Positions 27,780 to 36,254 of a DNA stretch of 64,000 bases are shown in pieces (position 1 is the stretch's first letter; every line of letters starts with the position of its first letter). Made by a program: the position numbers and the translations under genes. The notes beneath the pieces were generated by a model. The model saw only the letters and a program-made list of their open reading frames with translations, had not been told where the DNA came from and did no database searches. This DNA is from a virus, in IMG/VR virus record IMGVR_UViG_3300037264_007739, positions 1 through 64,000 of that record, one strand, 5' to 3'.

Positions 27780-27972
27780 CCTCAGTCAACGATAGCAAAG
27801 TACGAGCTGCCTGGACATCCACTTTGCGGGCGTAGAAAACCAGGCGCCCTTTGCACGGTACGAGCTGCTTGGGCGCCCCGATCTCGGAGAGCGCCCGAAG
27901 CATGTTCATGTCATCTACAATGTCGCACTCGCTCGGGTCGAGCTCGTGCGGCCCGATCCGGATGCGCCGCAT
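27727..27972 (-). CDS. hypothetical protein (MRRIRIGPHEL...)
   Basis: GAAGGGAG SD; overlaps the next gene by ~50 nt. Confidence 0.45.
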   Translation of the reverse strand: MRRIRIGPHELDPSECDIVDDMNMLRALSEIGAPKQLVPCKGRLVFYARKVDVQAARTLLSLTEDERAERYRDLLAAGPDD

Positions 27973-27985
27973 GACATCTCCCTTC

Positions 27986-28225
27986 TTACATGAAGCCTCG
28001 GTGCTTCCTCGTTCGCCCAAGGACTGCACCGTCAACCTTCTGGCCATTCCCCATGATCGCGCCGACCTTCCATTGCGCGTCGGCGCGCAAGACCTGACCG
28101 GAGGGAATTTCGACCCGGGCGTGCTCGACGCCGCACGCGCACGTCTGCTGGTCGCGCTCGGCCATCGAGACGAGGCGGTTCTCCTCGAGCCCGCAGTTCG
28201 GGCACCTGTACTCGTACATGGGCAT
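27986..28225 (-). CDS. FmdB-family zinc-ribbon protein
   Basis: MPMYEYRCPNCG...CACG. Confidence 0.8.
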   Translation of the reverse strand: MPMYEYRCPNCGLEENRLVSMAERDQQTCACGVEHARVEIPSGQVLRADAQWKVGAIMGNGQKVDGAVLGRTRKHRGFM

Positions 28226-28647
28226 CAGGTTCCTCCAACGTTCTTGAACACGACGTTCCTCTTCGGTGTGTAAAGCACGGGCGCGCCGTAGAGCAACTGC
28301 GCCCAGCGAAGGCTCGGGTCGACGATCCCTTCCTCTTCGAGGACCAGGATCCCCATCGTCATCGCCGCTTTCTGTTGCTCCTTCGTCATCACGGTGTCGT
28401 AGCCGAGCGCCTTGATCCCGCGGTCGAGCGCCTTCATCCGGTACTCGAGGTTCTCGCGAGCGCGCTGCTCAGCGACGCGCTTCTCGATGTCGATTACCTC
28501 GCAGTCGGCGCAGCGTGCGCACCGATTGTTGTACTCGTCCGGGGTGATCGCCCAGACTCGCTTGCACGAGCCGCACCTGAACGATGCGCCCTTGCCGGGC
28601 GTCCATTCGTAGAGGCCGTTCGCCGCTCGTTCGCTTGAATGGCTCAT
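28225..28647 (-). CDS. zinc-finger hypothetical protein
   Basis: CGSC...CARCADC; GAGG SD before MSHSS. Confidence 0.6.
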   Translation of the reverse strand: MSHSSERAANGLYEWTPGKGASFRCGSCKRVWAITPDEYNNRCARCADCEVIDIEKRVAEQRARENLEYRMKALDRGIKALGYDTVMTKEQQKAAMTMGILVLEEEGIVDPSLRWAQLLYGAPVLYTPKRNVVFKNVGGT

Positions 28648-28925
28648 CGACACCTCTTGATGTCCTCGAGCTCCTGCGCGTTCAAAAGGAGCGGCGGGTC
28701 CATTCGGATCTTGTGGTTCAAGATCTGCTGCTTCATGGCTTCGAGCTGTTCGAGCTTGCGATCGTCGCGCGTGCATTCGACGAGCGTGCGCGCCGCCTTT
28801 TTGTCTTCCGCGCTCATCTTGGCGAGCGGCTCTTCGATGCCGAGCTCTTCGCCGGCCCACGCCAGCGCAGCGGTGTCGCCGAGCTCGAAGAGCCGAGAAC
28901 GAAGGTCGATGTTCATGTCGCTCAC
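28644..28925 (-). CDS. hypothetical protein
   Basis: Coupled 4-nt overlaps at both ends; typical codon usage. Confidence 0.55.
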   Translation of the reverse strand: MSDMNIDLRSRLFELGDTAALAWAGEELGIEEPLAKMSAEDKKAARTLVECTRDDRKLEQLEAMKQQILNHKIRMDPPLLLNAQELEDIKRCR

Positions 28926-29332
28926 TTGAACGGATTCCAGCTCTTGTCCTTCTCGAGGATCTGGTTGATGAGCCATACGCATGCCTCCTTCATCTCGTCG
29001 ACCTCGAGCAGGTCGCTCTTGCTGCGCACGATCACTTCGCCGGCGTTCGAGCAGAGCTCGCAGACGCGGCCCTTCTGGTGAACCTTCAGTTTTGGACACG
29101 GTGCGTAGTCGACGGGGACGCCGACGCGGTGCTGCCTGTACGCCTCGATTACCTGCATCAGGATGTCGACACCGTCGGGCCACGGCAGCGCGTCGACGAG
29201 GTCTTCGGACTTCAGCATGACCCATTGGCGCTTGCTCTCGATGAGCCAGCGTTTCAGGTGGCCTGGATCCTTGATCGCGGTCGCCAGGTGGTAGGGCGTA
29301 GGTTGCGCGAGTGGTGCGTTCACCTCTGTCAC
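28922..29332 (-). CDS. hypothetical protein with Cys/His motif
   Basis: GGAGG SD; CP...H....CELC. Confidence 0.6.
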   Translation of the reverse strand: MTEVNAPLAQPTPYHLATAIKDPGHLKRWLIESKRQWVMLKSEDLVDALPWPDGVDILMQVIEAYRQHRVGVPVDYAPCPKLKVHQKGRVCELCSNAGEVIVRSKSDLLEVDEMKEACVWLINQILEKDKSWNPFK

Positions 29333-29333
29333 G

Positions 29334-29660
29334 TCAGCCTCCGATCGACGCGACTGTCGAGCCGACGAGCGTCTTTTGCACGCGTGTCACGAACGCGTTG
29401 TACGCTGCGATCTCGATCAGGCCCACGCGCATAAGCGTGGAGACGACGCCGAGCGCATTGCCGTGGTGGATGAGATACTTCGTCTCGCGGCGGCGCAGCT
29501 CGCGGACGGTGTTCTTCGCCATCGCGTCGAGTGGTGCGTCGCAGGCACGACGCGCGTTTTCGCACGCAGCGACCATCTCTTCAGCCCACCGGAGCGCCTG
29601 CTCGGGCGTCTCGATGGGCGGTGGAATCTTGAGAAGTTTTTCGGGCGTCATCCAAGGCAA
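29334..29660 (-). CDS. hypothetical protein
   Basis: Operon spacing and codon usage; start uncertain. Confidence 0.55.
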   Translation of the reverse strand: MPWMTPEKLLKIPPPIETPEQALRWAEEMVAACENARRACDAPLDAMAKNTVRELRRRETKYLIHHGNALGVVSTLMRVGLIEIAAYNAFVTRVQKTLVGSTVASIGG

Positions 29661-29722
29661 GTCTTGCCTGACGGCGTCACACGACGCAACCCGATCGATG
29701 TTGTTAGGCCGTAGCAGTGAGA

Positions 29723-30124
29723 TCAGGAACCGTAGGTCTCGACCATGTCGGCGTACGCGCCGAGGTCGACGGGCGTGGTGCCGACGGCTGACGAGACGAG
29801 CTCGATGGTGTCGCCTGACCCGACGGACACCGGCGGATTCACACCGCCCGACTTCACCACGCCGTTCGCGTCCGTGCCGAACACGAATGAGACCGACGCC
29901 TGCGAAACGCCGTTCTTATGTACCTGCACGGTGGTCGTGCCGGCCGCTTGCGATCCGAGCTTGGCGGTCAGGCCACGCAGGAGCCCAGGGCGACGGATGA
30001 GGCGCCCAGCGAGCGTCGCGGCTGCGGCTGGGACCGCGGCGAAGCCATTGAGCTCGATCGGAACTTCGGCGCTGCCCTCACGAGCGGCGCGGTCGGACGG
30101 GGATGGATTGGTCGTGGCTGCCAT
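29723..30124 (-). CDS. beta-sandwich protein resembling virion decoration proteins
   Basis: GAGGAGG SD; TTTVQVHKNG...SVGSGDTIEL pattern. Confidence 0.55.
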   Translation of the reverse strand: MAATTNPSPSDRAAREGSAEVPIELNGFAAVPAAAATLAGRLIRRPGLLRGLTAKLGSQAAGTTTVQVHKNGVSQASVSFVFGTDANGVVKSGGVNPPVSVGSGDTIELVSSAVGTTPVDLGAYADMVETYGS

Positions 30125-30161
30125 TGCGATTCCTCCTCGCGGGTGAAGACGCTCTTTCCTA

Positions 30162-30353
30162 CTAGAAGTCTTCCTCGGCGTCGAGCCCTGATGTGACAGG
30201 GACGTGCGCGAGCGGAGGTGGCCGGCGTTCGTCGCGGATCCAGAAGCGCCAGAAGACGCGGCGGTAGTTCGTGATGTAGTCGTAGTTGAACGGCGACCAA
30301 TGGAGTGGACCGAGCTTGAAGGTGAAGACGGAACGAGGCGGACGACGAGACAT
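30162..30353 (-). CDS. hypothetical protein, 63 aa
   Basis: Downstream of a TTGACA-N17-TATCAG promoter. Confidence 0.45.
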   Translation of the reverse strand: MSRRPPRSVFTFKLGPLHWSPFNYDYITNYRRVFWRFWIRDERRPPPLAHVPVTSGLDAEEDF

Positions 30354-30362
30354 GGGGGCCGC

Positions 30363-30391
30363 CTGATAGAGCACGTCTCGATCGCTGTCAA
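30363..30391 (-). promoter_or_regulatory. sigma70-like promoter TTGACA-N17-TATCAG
   Basis: Perfect -35 and 17-nt spacer; ATG 9 nt after the -10. Confidence 0.55.
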
Positions 30392-30414
30392 TGTGACATA
30401 TCAAGACCGTCGCC

Positions 30415-30445
30415 TGGCGGCCTGGAGGGGGTCTCCAGGCCGCCA
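30415..30445. terminator. perfect 13-bp hairpin
   Basis: TGGCGGCCTGGAG / CTCCAGGCCGCCA, intergenic; weak U tract. Confidence 0.5.
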
Positions 30446-30552
30446 AGCGGCAGAAGGAATGACCGTGGCGATCGGGGAGGTGTCTCCGTGCCGTGTGGCC
30501 GTCTCCATGGTGCCATTTGCGGCCTCGGAGTCAAGTGGCACGCACGCCTGCG

Positions 30553-30759
30553 CTATTCTTCGCCGTCGACGGTGAACGCATCACTGAGCGCTTCAACATC
30601 TGGCTCGATATTGGCGACGTCTGCGTCGGGGATAAAGATGTGGACTTTGATTGTATCGCCGAGCTTCGCGATAAGCTCGGCGAAGTCATCGTCAGTGAGC
30701 AGCTCGCCAGATTCTTCTTCGATCCACATCGAGCCTGAGCGCCTGAACGTCGTCAGCAT
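30553..30759 (-). CDS. acidic hypothetical protein, 68 aa
   Basis: AGGAGGG SD. Confidence 0.6.
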   Translation of the reverse strand: MLTTFRRSGSMWIEEESGELLTDDDFAELIAKLGDTIKVHIFIPDADVANIEPDVEALSDAFTVDGEE

Positions 30760-30767
30760 GTTCCCTC

Positions 30768-31535
30768 CTACGCCGTGGCCGCCGCTCGTGTCGAGGACTC
30801 GGCGCGCTGAGCGGCGACGAGGTGAAAGACCGCTGGCAGGTGCCATCGACCCGGCACGCCGACGCCCTGCGGGGCGCCCTTCCGGTTCTTCGGGCGTGCA
30901 GGCACGCCCTCGGCGTTCAGCCGATCAACGATCGCGCGGAAGCTGAGCCCGCTGCCACGCAGCTCGATGATGTAGCGGATGACCACCTGCTCGCGCTCGA
31001 GCTCGATCAAGCGTACGCCGTCGGCCGCGAGCACGAAGCCGTAGGGGACTTGTCCTGGGTTCTCGCCTCGGCGTCGCTTGGCGCGGAGCGCGGCACTGGT
31101 GCGCGCCTTGATGAGCGCCCGCTCGTAGGCGGCGAACTGGTTCATGATGCCCTTGATGAGCTCGCCTTCGGCGCCCTCGGCCTGGCCCACACCGTCGGCC
31201 GAAACGAGCTTCGCCCCGAGGCGCCGGATCTCGGCGTCGAGGAGCCCGGCGAGGGTCGCGTCGCGCGCGAGGCGGTCGAGCTTTGCCACGACGAGCGCTG
31301 ACGCCTTCGTTCGGCGGACGGCCTCGAGCGCCGCCCCGAGGCCGGGACGCTTGTCGAGCGGCGCGGCGCCGGAGACGCCCTGATCGGCGTGGACCTCGGC
31401 AACGGTCTTTCCAGACCGCGCCGCCCATTCCTCGATTGCGGCGCGCTGGGCTTCAGGGCCGAGATGTTGCTCTTCGGTCGAGACACGGAGGTAAGCGATG
31501 ACGGTGGCGTTCGTGCGGAGCTTGGTTCGACGCAT
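30768..31535 (-). CDS. serine recombinase (resolvase domain plus short recombinase domain)
   Basis: YLRVSTEEQ, D.GVSG....RPGL, KLDRLARD, ER..I..RT..AL, PYGF, GLSFRAI..RLN. Confidence 0.92.
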   Translation of the reverse strand: MRRTKLRTNATVIAYLRVSTEEQHLGPEAQRAAIEEWAARSGKTVAEVHADQGVSGAAPLDKRPGLGAALEAVRRTKASALVVAKLDRLARDATLAGLLDAEIRRLGAKLVSADGVGQAEGAEGELIKGIMNQFAAYERALIKARTSAALRAKRRRGENPGQVPYGFVLAADGVRLIELEREQVVIRYIIELRGSGLSFRAIVDRLNAEGVPARPKNRKGAPQGVGVPGRWHLPAVFHLVAAQRAESSTRAAATA

Positions 31536-31537
31536 GC

Positions 31538-31570
31538 TTATGTCATAACAACTTATGACATAAACGTCAA
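31538..31570 (-). promoter_or_regulatory. promoter TTGACG-N17-TATGAC overlaid by double operator TTATGTCATAA-CAAC-TTATGACATAA
   Basis: Perfect inverted repeat 31538-31563; ATG 6 nt after the -10. Confidence 0.75.
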
Positions 31571-31588
31571 GCGGTGGCCGAACGCCGG

Positions 31589-31789
31589 CTAAGATGACAT
31601 AAATAGATGCTCTTCGTGCCTGATAAATGGTGTGATAACGGTCGGCGCCGTCGAGGCGAGGTACTCCTGCATGCGCGTGAACGCGATCGTCGCCTCGATG
31701 TCCTCGACGATGAACTCGCTCTCGACGACCTCGGTGGTGCCGTCGGGTCGGAGGTGCTCGACCCAGCCTGTGATGACCCGCCGCTTCAT
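31589..31789 (-). CDS. hypothetical protein, 66 aa
   Basis: ATGA overlap with the upstream gene. Confidence 0.5.
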   Translation of the reverse strand: MKRRVITGWVEHLRPDGTTEVVESEFIVEDIEATIAFTRMQEYLASTAPTVITPFIRHEEHLFMSS

Positions 31790-32451
31790 CGATATGCAGA
31801 GCTCAAGAGCTTCTTGTCCTCTTCGGTGATCGTGTCCAGGCCCCAGCCCATCGCGCGCCCGCCGAAATACATGATCGAGTCCTCGAAGTCATCATGATCG
31901 AGCCCGAGCGCATGACCGAGCTCGTGCGTCGTGATCTTCTCCCACTTCGACTTGTCAGCGAGGCCGGGGAGCCCGATCTCGACGCAGCGGATGCGGCACG
32001 CCGAGTCGTAGTAGAGATGCGCGTGGCCCGGCGCTTCGACGACGCCGAGCTTCTCATCTGCCGCGCTCGCCGCGCCGTCGCTGTTGAGCCGCGTGATCAG
32101 GATGACCGGATCGCCGGGCTTCCCAGGCTCGCTGCACTTCGAGCGGTCATGTGCGTCACCGCTTCTCGGCTCACCGAGAAGTGCCTTGCCGGCGGCGTCG
32201 TTCCATTTCTTTGCGGCGGTCGCTGTGACACTGAGCCATTCAGCAGCGAGAGCGTCGAGCACGACGGGCACGGGGAGATCGCTGTAGCCCCACTTGGTGA
32301 AGCCCTTCGACGATTGGCCCTTTACACACTCGCGGATCATGAAGCCGCGATCCTCGCGCTTCACCAAGATGATCGTCACGAGAACCACCATCGCGACCGC
32401 GCCGGCGCCGAGTAGCGCGAGTGGTTTCCGGTTGCGTCTAAGCCACTGCAT
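31786..32451 (-). CDS. membrane-anchored matrixin-family (M10-like) zinc metalloprotease
   Basis: HELGHALGLDH plus Met-turn SIM; N-terminal TM; GGGAG SD. Confidence 0.85.
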   Translation of the reverse strand: MQWLRRNRKPLALLGAGAVAMVVLVTIILVKREDRGFMIRECVKGQSSKGFTKWGYSDLPVPVVLDALAAEWLSVTATAAKKWNDAAGKALLGEPRSGDAHDRSKCSEPGKPGDPVILITRLNSDGAASAADEKLGVVEAPGHAHLYYDSACRIRCVEIGLPGLADKSKWEKITTHELGHALGLDHDDFEDSIMYFGGRAMGWGLDTITEEDKKLLSSAYR

Positions 32452-32604
32452 TTTTCTTCTCCCTGTACTTCCGCGTTTCCATCCGTTGGCAGTTTTTGCA
32501 CGCGCGTCCACCGTCTGGACGGCGGTACAAATTGCTTCCGCTCAATGAATGTGCATGAAAGCGTTTGGCTGGATCTTCTCTCGGGCGCGCCATGTCGTCT
32601 CCTC

Positions 32605-32934
32605 TCAAAACTCCCACTGAGCTTCGAGCGCCCGCACCAGGAGCGCAAGAGGTGATGGCTCTGCGAGGTGCCCGAATCTGAAGCGCGCTGCTTCCTCGTC
32701 GAATTGCTCAACGACGAAACGCGCCCTCTCGGGCATGCCTTCATCTCGAAGCCGAAGTGTCTTCGCGTGCACTTCGCAAACCGCGAAGCCGTGCGCGTTC
32801 ATCACAACTGCGCCGTGCCTGCATCGATGCACGTAGTTGTACGAGACGACGACTTCACATCGACCGTCGAAGTACGATGCTTCAGGGTTCAATGTTCTCC
32901 AACGCTCTTCTGGCGTTCGTCCCTTGATTCCCAT
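32605..32934 (-). CDS. Cys/His-rich hypothetical protein
   Basis: GRC...RC...C..H motif; abuts the dNK gene. Confidence 0.55.
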   Translation of the reverse strand: MGIKGRTPEERWRTLNPEASYFDGRCEVVVSYNYVHRCRHGAVVMNAHGFAVCEVHAKTLRLRDEGMPERARFVVEQFDEEAARFRFGHLAEPSPLALLVRALEAQWEF

Positions 32935-32938
32935 ATCG

Positions 32939-33577
32939 CTAGGTCGCTTCGAGTCGTTTGACGATCCGATCGGCAAGAACGGCCGGGTCTTGAAAATCGA
33001 CGTTCCACGGAACGCGCATGACCGAAATTCCCTTCGACCAGGCGTGGTTGCCGTGCTCGATCTCCTCGAGAAGATCGTAATAGCCGGCGCGGAGGTCCCG
33101 CAGGTACTCGATCGGCACGCCGACCTCGGCGCCGCGGGCGCGTCTCTTCATGCGCTCGTACGCGGTCTCGGGCTCGACGTCGAGGAAGACAAGCAAGCTC
33201 GGCGGCCGAAGATCGGACATCATCAGATCGAAGTGCTCTTCGTAGACCTTCCAGGAGCGCTCGTCGATGTTGCCGGTTCGGGTGTGCAGCCGCGCGAAGA
33301 CGCGGTCTCCAGGCAGGCCACGATCGAGGATAGCACTCCGACCGTTCAGCGACTCGGCCACCGCGAGCTTCTGCATCCGGTATCGACGTGACATCAAGAA
33401 GAACTGCATCACGAAGGCCCAAGCCTTCGGGTCCTTGTAGAAGTCCGCGAGGAATGGATTGTCGTCGACCGGCTCGTGGTGCACGTGAGCTTTGAGGAGA
33501 TCGCCGAGCTGGTCCGAGACGGTCGTTTTGCCGGAGCCGATCAAGCCCTCGACCCAAACAACATGGCCGGTCTTCAT
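32939..33577 (-). CDS. deoxynucleoside kinase
   Basis: VEGLIGSGKTT, EPVDDNPFLADFY, LDR...DRVF, R.R..E. Confidence 0.92.
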   Translation of the reverse strand: MKTGHVVWVEGLIGSGKTTVSDQLGDLLKAHVHHEPVDDNPFLADFYKDPKAWAFVMQFFLMSRRYRMQKLAVAESLNGRSAILDRGLPGDRVFARLHTRTGNIDERSWKVYEEHFDLMMSDLRPPSLLVFLDVEPETAYERMKRRARGAEVGVPIEYLRDLRAGYYDLLEEIEHGNHAWSKGISVMRVPWNVDFQDPAVLADRIVKRLEAT

Positions 33578-33921
33578 GAGAGCGGCTTTCCGTTCGGATC
33601 GACGAGGACTGTTTCGTTCATCATGTGCGTGCCTTCGCAAGTCGGCGACCTGCACGTCGTGCACACGACGGCCTTGAAGCACTTCTCGAGCGCCTTGTAG
33701 AGCGCGAAGGCCATCGGCTCGGGCATCTTCTCGATCGCTTGATCCGTGCGAAGGACGAGCAGCGTGCCGGTCCACTCCGGGTTCTCGGAGCGCATCTTCG
33801 CATCGAGCGCGACCATCGCCTTTTGGCTATATTCGTCATCGGACCGGATGATGAGGATCTCGCGTCCCTTTAGTTCCGATAGGACGTACGTCTCGCTGTA
33901 CTTCTTGCCTGGGTTGACCAT
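33574..33921 (-). CDS. hypothetical protein
   Basis: AAGGAG SD before MVNPG; C-terminal CxxC. Confidence 0.6.
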   Translation of the reverse strand: MVNPGKKYSETYVLSELKGREILIIRSDDEYSQKAMVALDAKMRSENPEWTGTLLVLRTDQAIEKMPEPMAFALYKALEKCFKAVVCTTCRSPTCEGTHMMNETVLVDPNGKPLS

Positions 33922-33940
33922 TGTGCGTCTCCTTCTTGCT

Positions 33941-34252
33941 TCACCAGCGGTGAAGCTCGTTGTCGTCTTCCGCGAACCCGAGTATTCCTTTGTGCGATTT
34001 CCGTTGTTTGTCGAGCTCATTGTCCGATGGCTCGTCACCTTGTTCGAGCGCGATCAACACCGAGATCGCCCTGTCCTCTTCCTCGTTCCTCGATGCTTGA
34101 TAGAACGCGAGCGCCGTGAGTTTGAGCTTCTTCTCGGCCTCTTCGAGCGTCGGCCCCGTGCTCGTGAGGACAACGCTGCCATAGTGGAGCGCGGCGGCCT
34201 TGAGCATCTGCGCGATCTCGTCGAGCTTACGGTGTCTTGGTTTTGCTTCCAT
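33941..34252 (-). CDS. hypothetical protein
   Basis: Operon spacing and codon usage. Confidence 0.55.
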   Translation of the reverse strand: MEAKPRHRKLDEIAQMLKAAALHYGSVVLTSTGPTLEEAEKKLKLTALAFYQASRNEEEDRAISVLIALEQGDEPSDNELDKQRKSHKGILGFAEDDNELHRW

Positions 34253-34661
34253 GGTCGCCCCCGTTCCCGTTTGTTGGCTTGCCGAACTTCGAGAGCAGAT
34301 ATCGAAAGATGTAATCGAGCAGGCTTGATGCCTCGGGGATCGGCTTGTAACCGGTGAAGCCGAACGGCTCGAAGCGCGTGCCGATGAACTTGTCGGCGAA
34401 GACCTCGAGCGGAACGCCGTACTGGAGCGCGACCGAGAGCGTCGTCGCGAAGCCGTCCATCATGCCCGAGAGCGTCGAGCCCGCCTTCGACATCTTGATG
34501 AAGACCTCGCCGAGCGTGCCGTCTTCGTAGAGCCCGCAGCGGATGTAGCCCTCGAAGCTGCCGACCGCGAACTTGTGGACGATCCCGGCGCGCTCCGGCG
34601 GGAGCCGTTTTCGAGCTGGCGCGTGGTGCTTGTGCGCGAAGAGCGGCTGATCAATGACCAT
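34227..34661 (-). CDS. stand-alone TSCPD domain (class II ribonucleotide reductase C-terminal region, NrdJb-like)
   Basis: RKRLP.ER...HKF.VG..EGY...GLYEDG.LGEVFI..SK.GS...S.ALQYGVPL...FEP.G...S..DYIFR.L. Confidence 0.85.
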   Translation of the reverse strand: MVIDQPLFAHKHHAPARKRLPPERAGIVHKFAVGSFEGYIRCGLYEDGTLGEVFIKMSKAGSTLSGMMDGFATTLSVALQYGVPLEVFADKFIGTRFEPFGFTGYKPIPEASSLLDYIFRYLLSKFGKPTNGNGGDHGSKTKTP

Positions 34662-34708
34662 GAGGGTCTTCCTTCCTAATCCTGCTCGAGTCTCGAGTCA
34701 TCCGCCGG

Positions 34709-35842
34709 TCAGCCTCGAAGATGAGCGAACTTTGCCGCCGTCCGTAGGCCCATGGCGGTGAGCGTGCCCTCAGCCTTCAGGATCTCGTATGCGTCGGCGA
34801 GCGACGCTTGACCGAGCTCCGGATACCGAGCGCAGAGCTCGACGAAGACCGCCCATACGACCTTCGCGTCGTTGAGCGCGTCGTGGGTGACCGATAGACG
34901 ATCGCCGAGTCCCCAGCGGCGGACGGCGTCCTCGAGCCCGTGGCGCTGCTTCTCGTTCACCGCGAAGCTCTCCTGCGCATATTTGCGCTCGAAGAGGAGG
35001 ACATCGAGGAAGTCGACGTCGTCGACGGGCCCGAGCGTCTCGCCGAGCTGCCGTGTCAAGATCGGAACGTCGAACTTGCCGATGTTGTAGCCGACGAGGA
35101 CGCGCTTGCCGATGAACTCGATGAGCTCGAGTGCGATCTCGCTGAAGCTCGACGCGAAGTGGAGCTTCTCGGCGGTGAGCCCGTGGATGGACGACGCCTT
35201 CTCAGGGATCGGGATGGACGGCTTCACGTTCACCGAGACGCGCCAGCGAGCGCGCCCTTTGTCGACCTGGCAGAGGCCGATCTGGACGATCTGATCCTTC
35301 TCGGTCGAGAGCCCCGTCGTCGCGCACTTGATGATGCAGAAGTCGTTCTCGGAGATCAGCCGCGGGACCGAGCCGGTCGTGATGGTCGCTTGGCTTTGCG
35401 TCGGCGCGTTTGCGGGCGCTCGGCCTCCGTGAACGGGGCCGGGCTTTGGTCCCGACCGCGACCCAGGAGCGGAGAACTTGCGCGGAGAAGACGGAGCGCT
35501 GTGTCCGCCGCCTCCAGGTGGAGTGAGACCAGCCGGTTGAGGAGAACCGAAAAGTCCAGGGGCGACAGCCTGACCCGAGAGGCCGGTGGGCGCGGCGAGG
35601 CCGCCGTTTGCTTGATCCCAGCTCCCCGTCGTGTTCGTGACGTTCCCTTCGTCGTAGAAGTTCCGTTCGCCATTCGGGCACTCCTCCTTGAGGAGGATCA
35701 TACAGCGTTTGATGCTGCCTTCGTGCTGGCCGAACGATTCAGTCTGATGCCCGCAGCGCCCGCACGTCACCTTGACGCACGGGACCTCACGCCCCTGCTC
35801 ATTCTCGATCTCGCAGTAGTCGACTTCACACAGAACCTTCAT
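34709..35842 (-). CDS. Zn-ribbon plus DEDDh (DnaQ-like) exonuclease-fold protein with degenerate motif I
   Basis: IKCATTGL, GYNIGKFDVPIL, HDALNDA; N-terminal Cys cluster; GGAGGGG SD. Confidence 0.8.
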   Translation of the reverse strand: MKVLCEVDYCEIENEQGREVPCVKVTCGRCGHQTESFGQHEGSIKRCMILLKEECPNGERNFYDEGNVTNTTGSWDQANGGLAAPTGLSGQAVAPGLFGSPQPAGLTPPGGGGHSAPSSPRKFSAPGSRSGPKPGPVHGGRAPANAPTQSQATITTGSVPRLISENDFCIIKCATTGLSTEKDQIVQIGLCQVDKGRARWRVSVNVKPSIPIPEKASSIHGLTAEKLHFASSFSEIALELIEFIGKRVLVGYNIGKFDVPILTRQLGETLGPVDDVDFLDVLLFERKYAQESFAVNEKQRHGLEDAVRRWGLGDRLSVTHDALNDAKVVWAVFVELCARYPELGQASLADAYEILKAEGTLTAMGLRTAAKFAHLRG

Positions 35843-36063
35843 GACCCCTCCACGACGAAACGCGGCACGCCGTCTTCGTTGTTGCCCATGAACTCGACGA
35901 GAGGCCGAATCCATACAACGCTGTCGGCGAGGTTCCGGTACACGACGTGCTCAATGAGCGTCGCCTCGAGCTTACCAATCGTCACGATCTCGTAGCGCGT
36001 GCCGCGCTTCTGATGCCGGACGACCGTCCCAGGCCGGATGACCTCGACGTCAAGCAATTTCAT
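35839..36063 (-). CDS. DUF1653-like protein
   Basis: RHQKRG.RY.I......E......VVY......WIRP..EF......RF. Confidence 0.75.
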   Translation of the reverse strand: MKLLDVEVIRPGTVVRHQKRGTRYEIVTIGKLEATLIEHVVYRNLADSVVWIRPLVEFMGNNEDGVPRFVVEGS

Positions 36064-36254
36064 TTCCTCTTCTCCAACCGAACATCGAGGCCGGCGAGCT
36101 CGAGCTCTTCGTTCGCGATGTCGACGGCCGATTGCGGTACGCCGAAGACGCCGTTCTTCACGCGGCGGAGCTCGAACGCGAGCTTTGCAGCGGCTTCTTC
36201 GACGCGTGTCGCATCGTGCTCAGCTTCACGAGCAGCAGACTTCCCGTCGCTCAT
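36060..36254 (-). CDS. hypothetical protein
   Basis: GAGGAGG SD; coupled overlaps. Confidence 0.55.
   Translation of the reverse strand: MSDGKSAAREAEHDATRVEEAAAKLAFELRRVKNGVFGVPQSAVDIANEELELAGLDVRLEKRK

Noticed and set aside
30768-31535. IS607-like transposon
   Set aside because: No N-terminal HTH, no TnpB and no element ends; the domain order is resolvase followed by recombinase.
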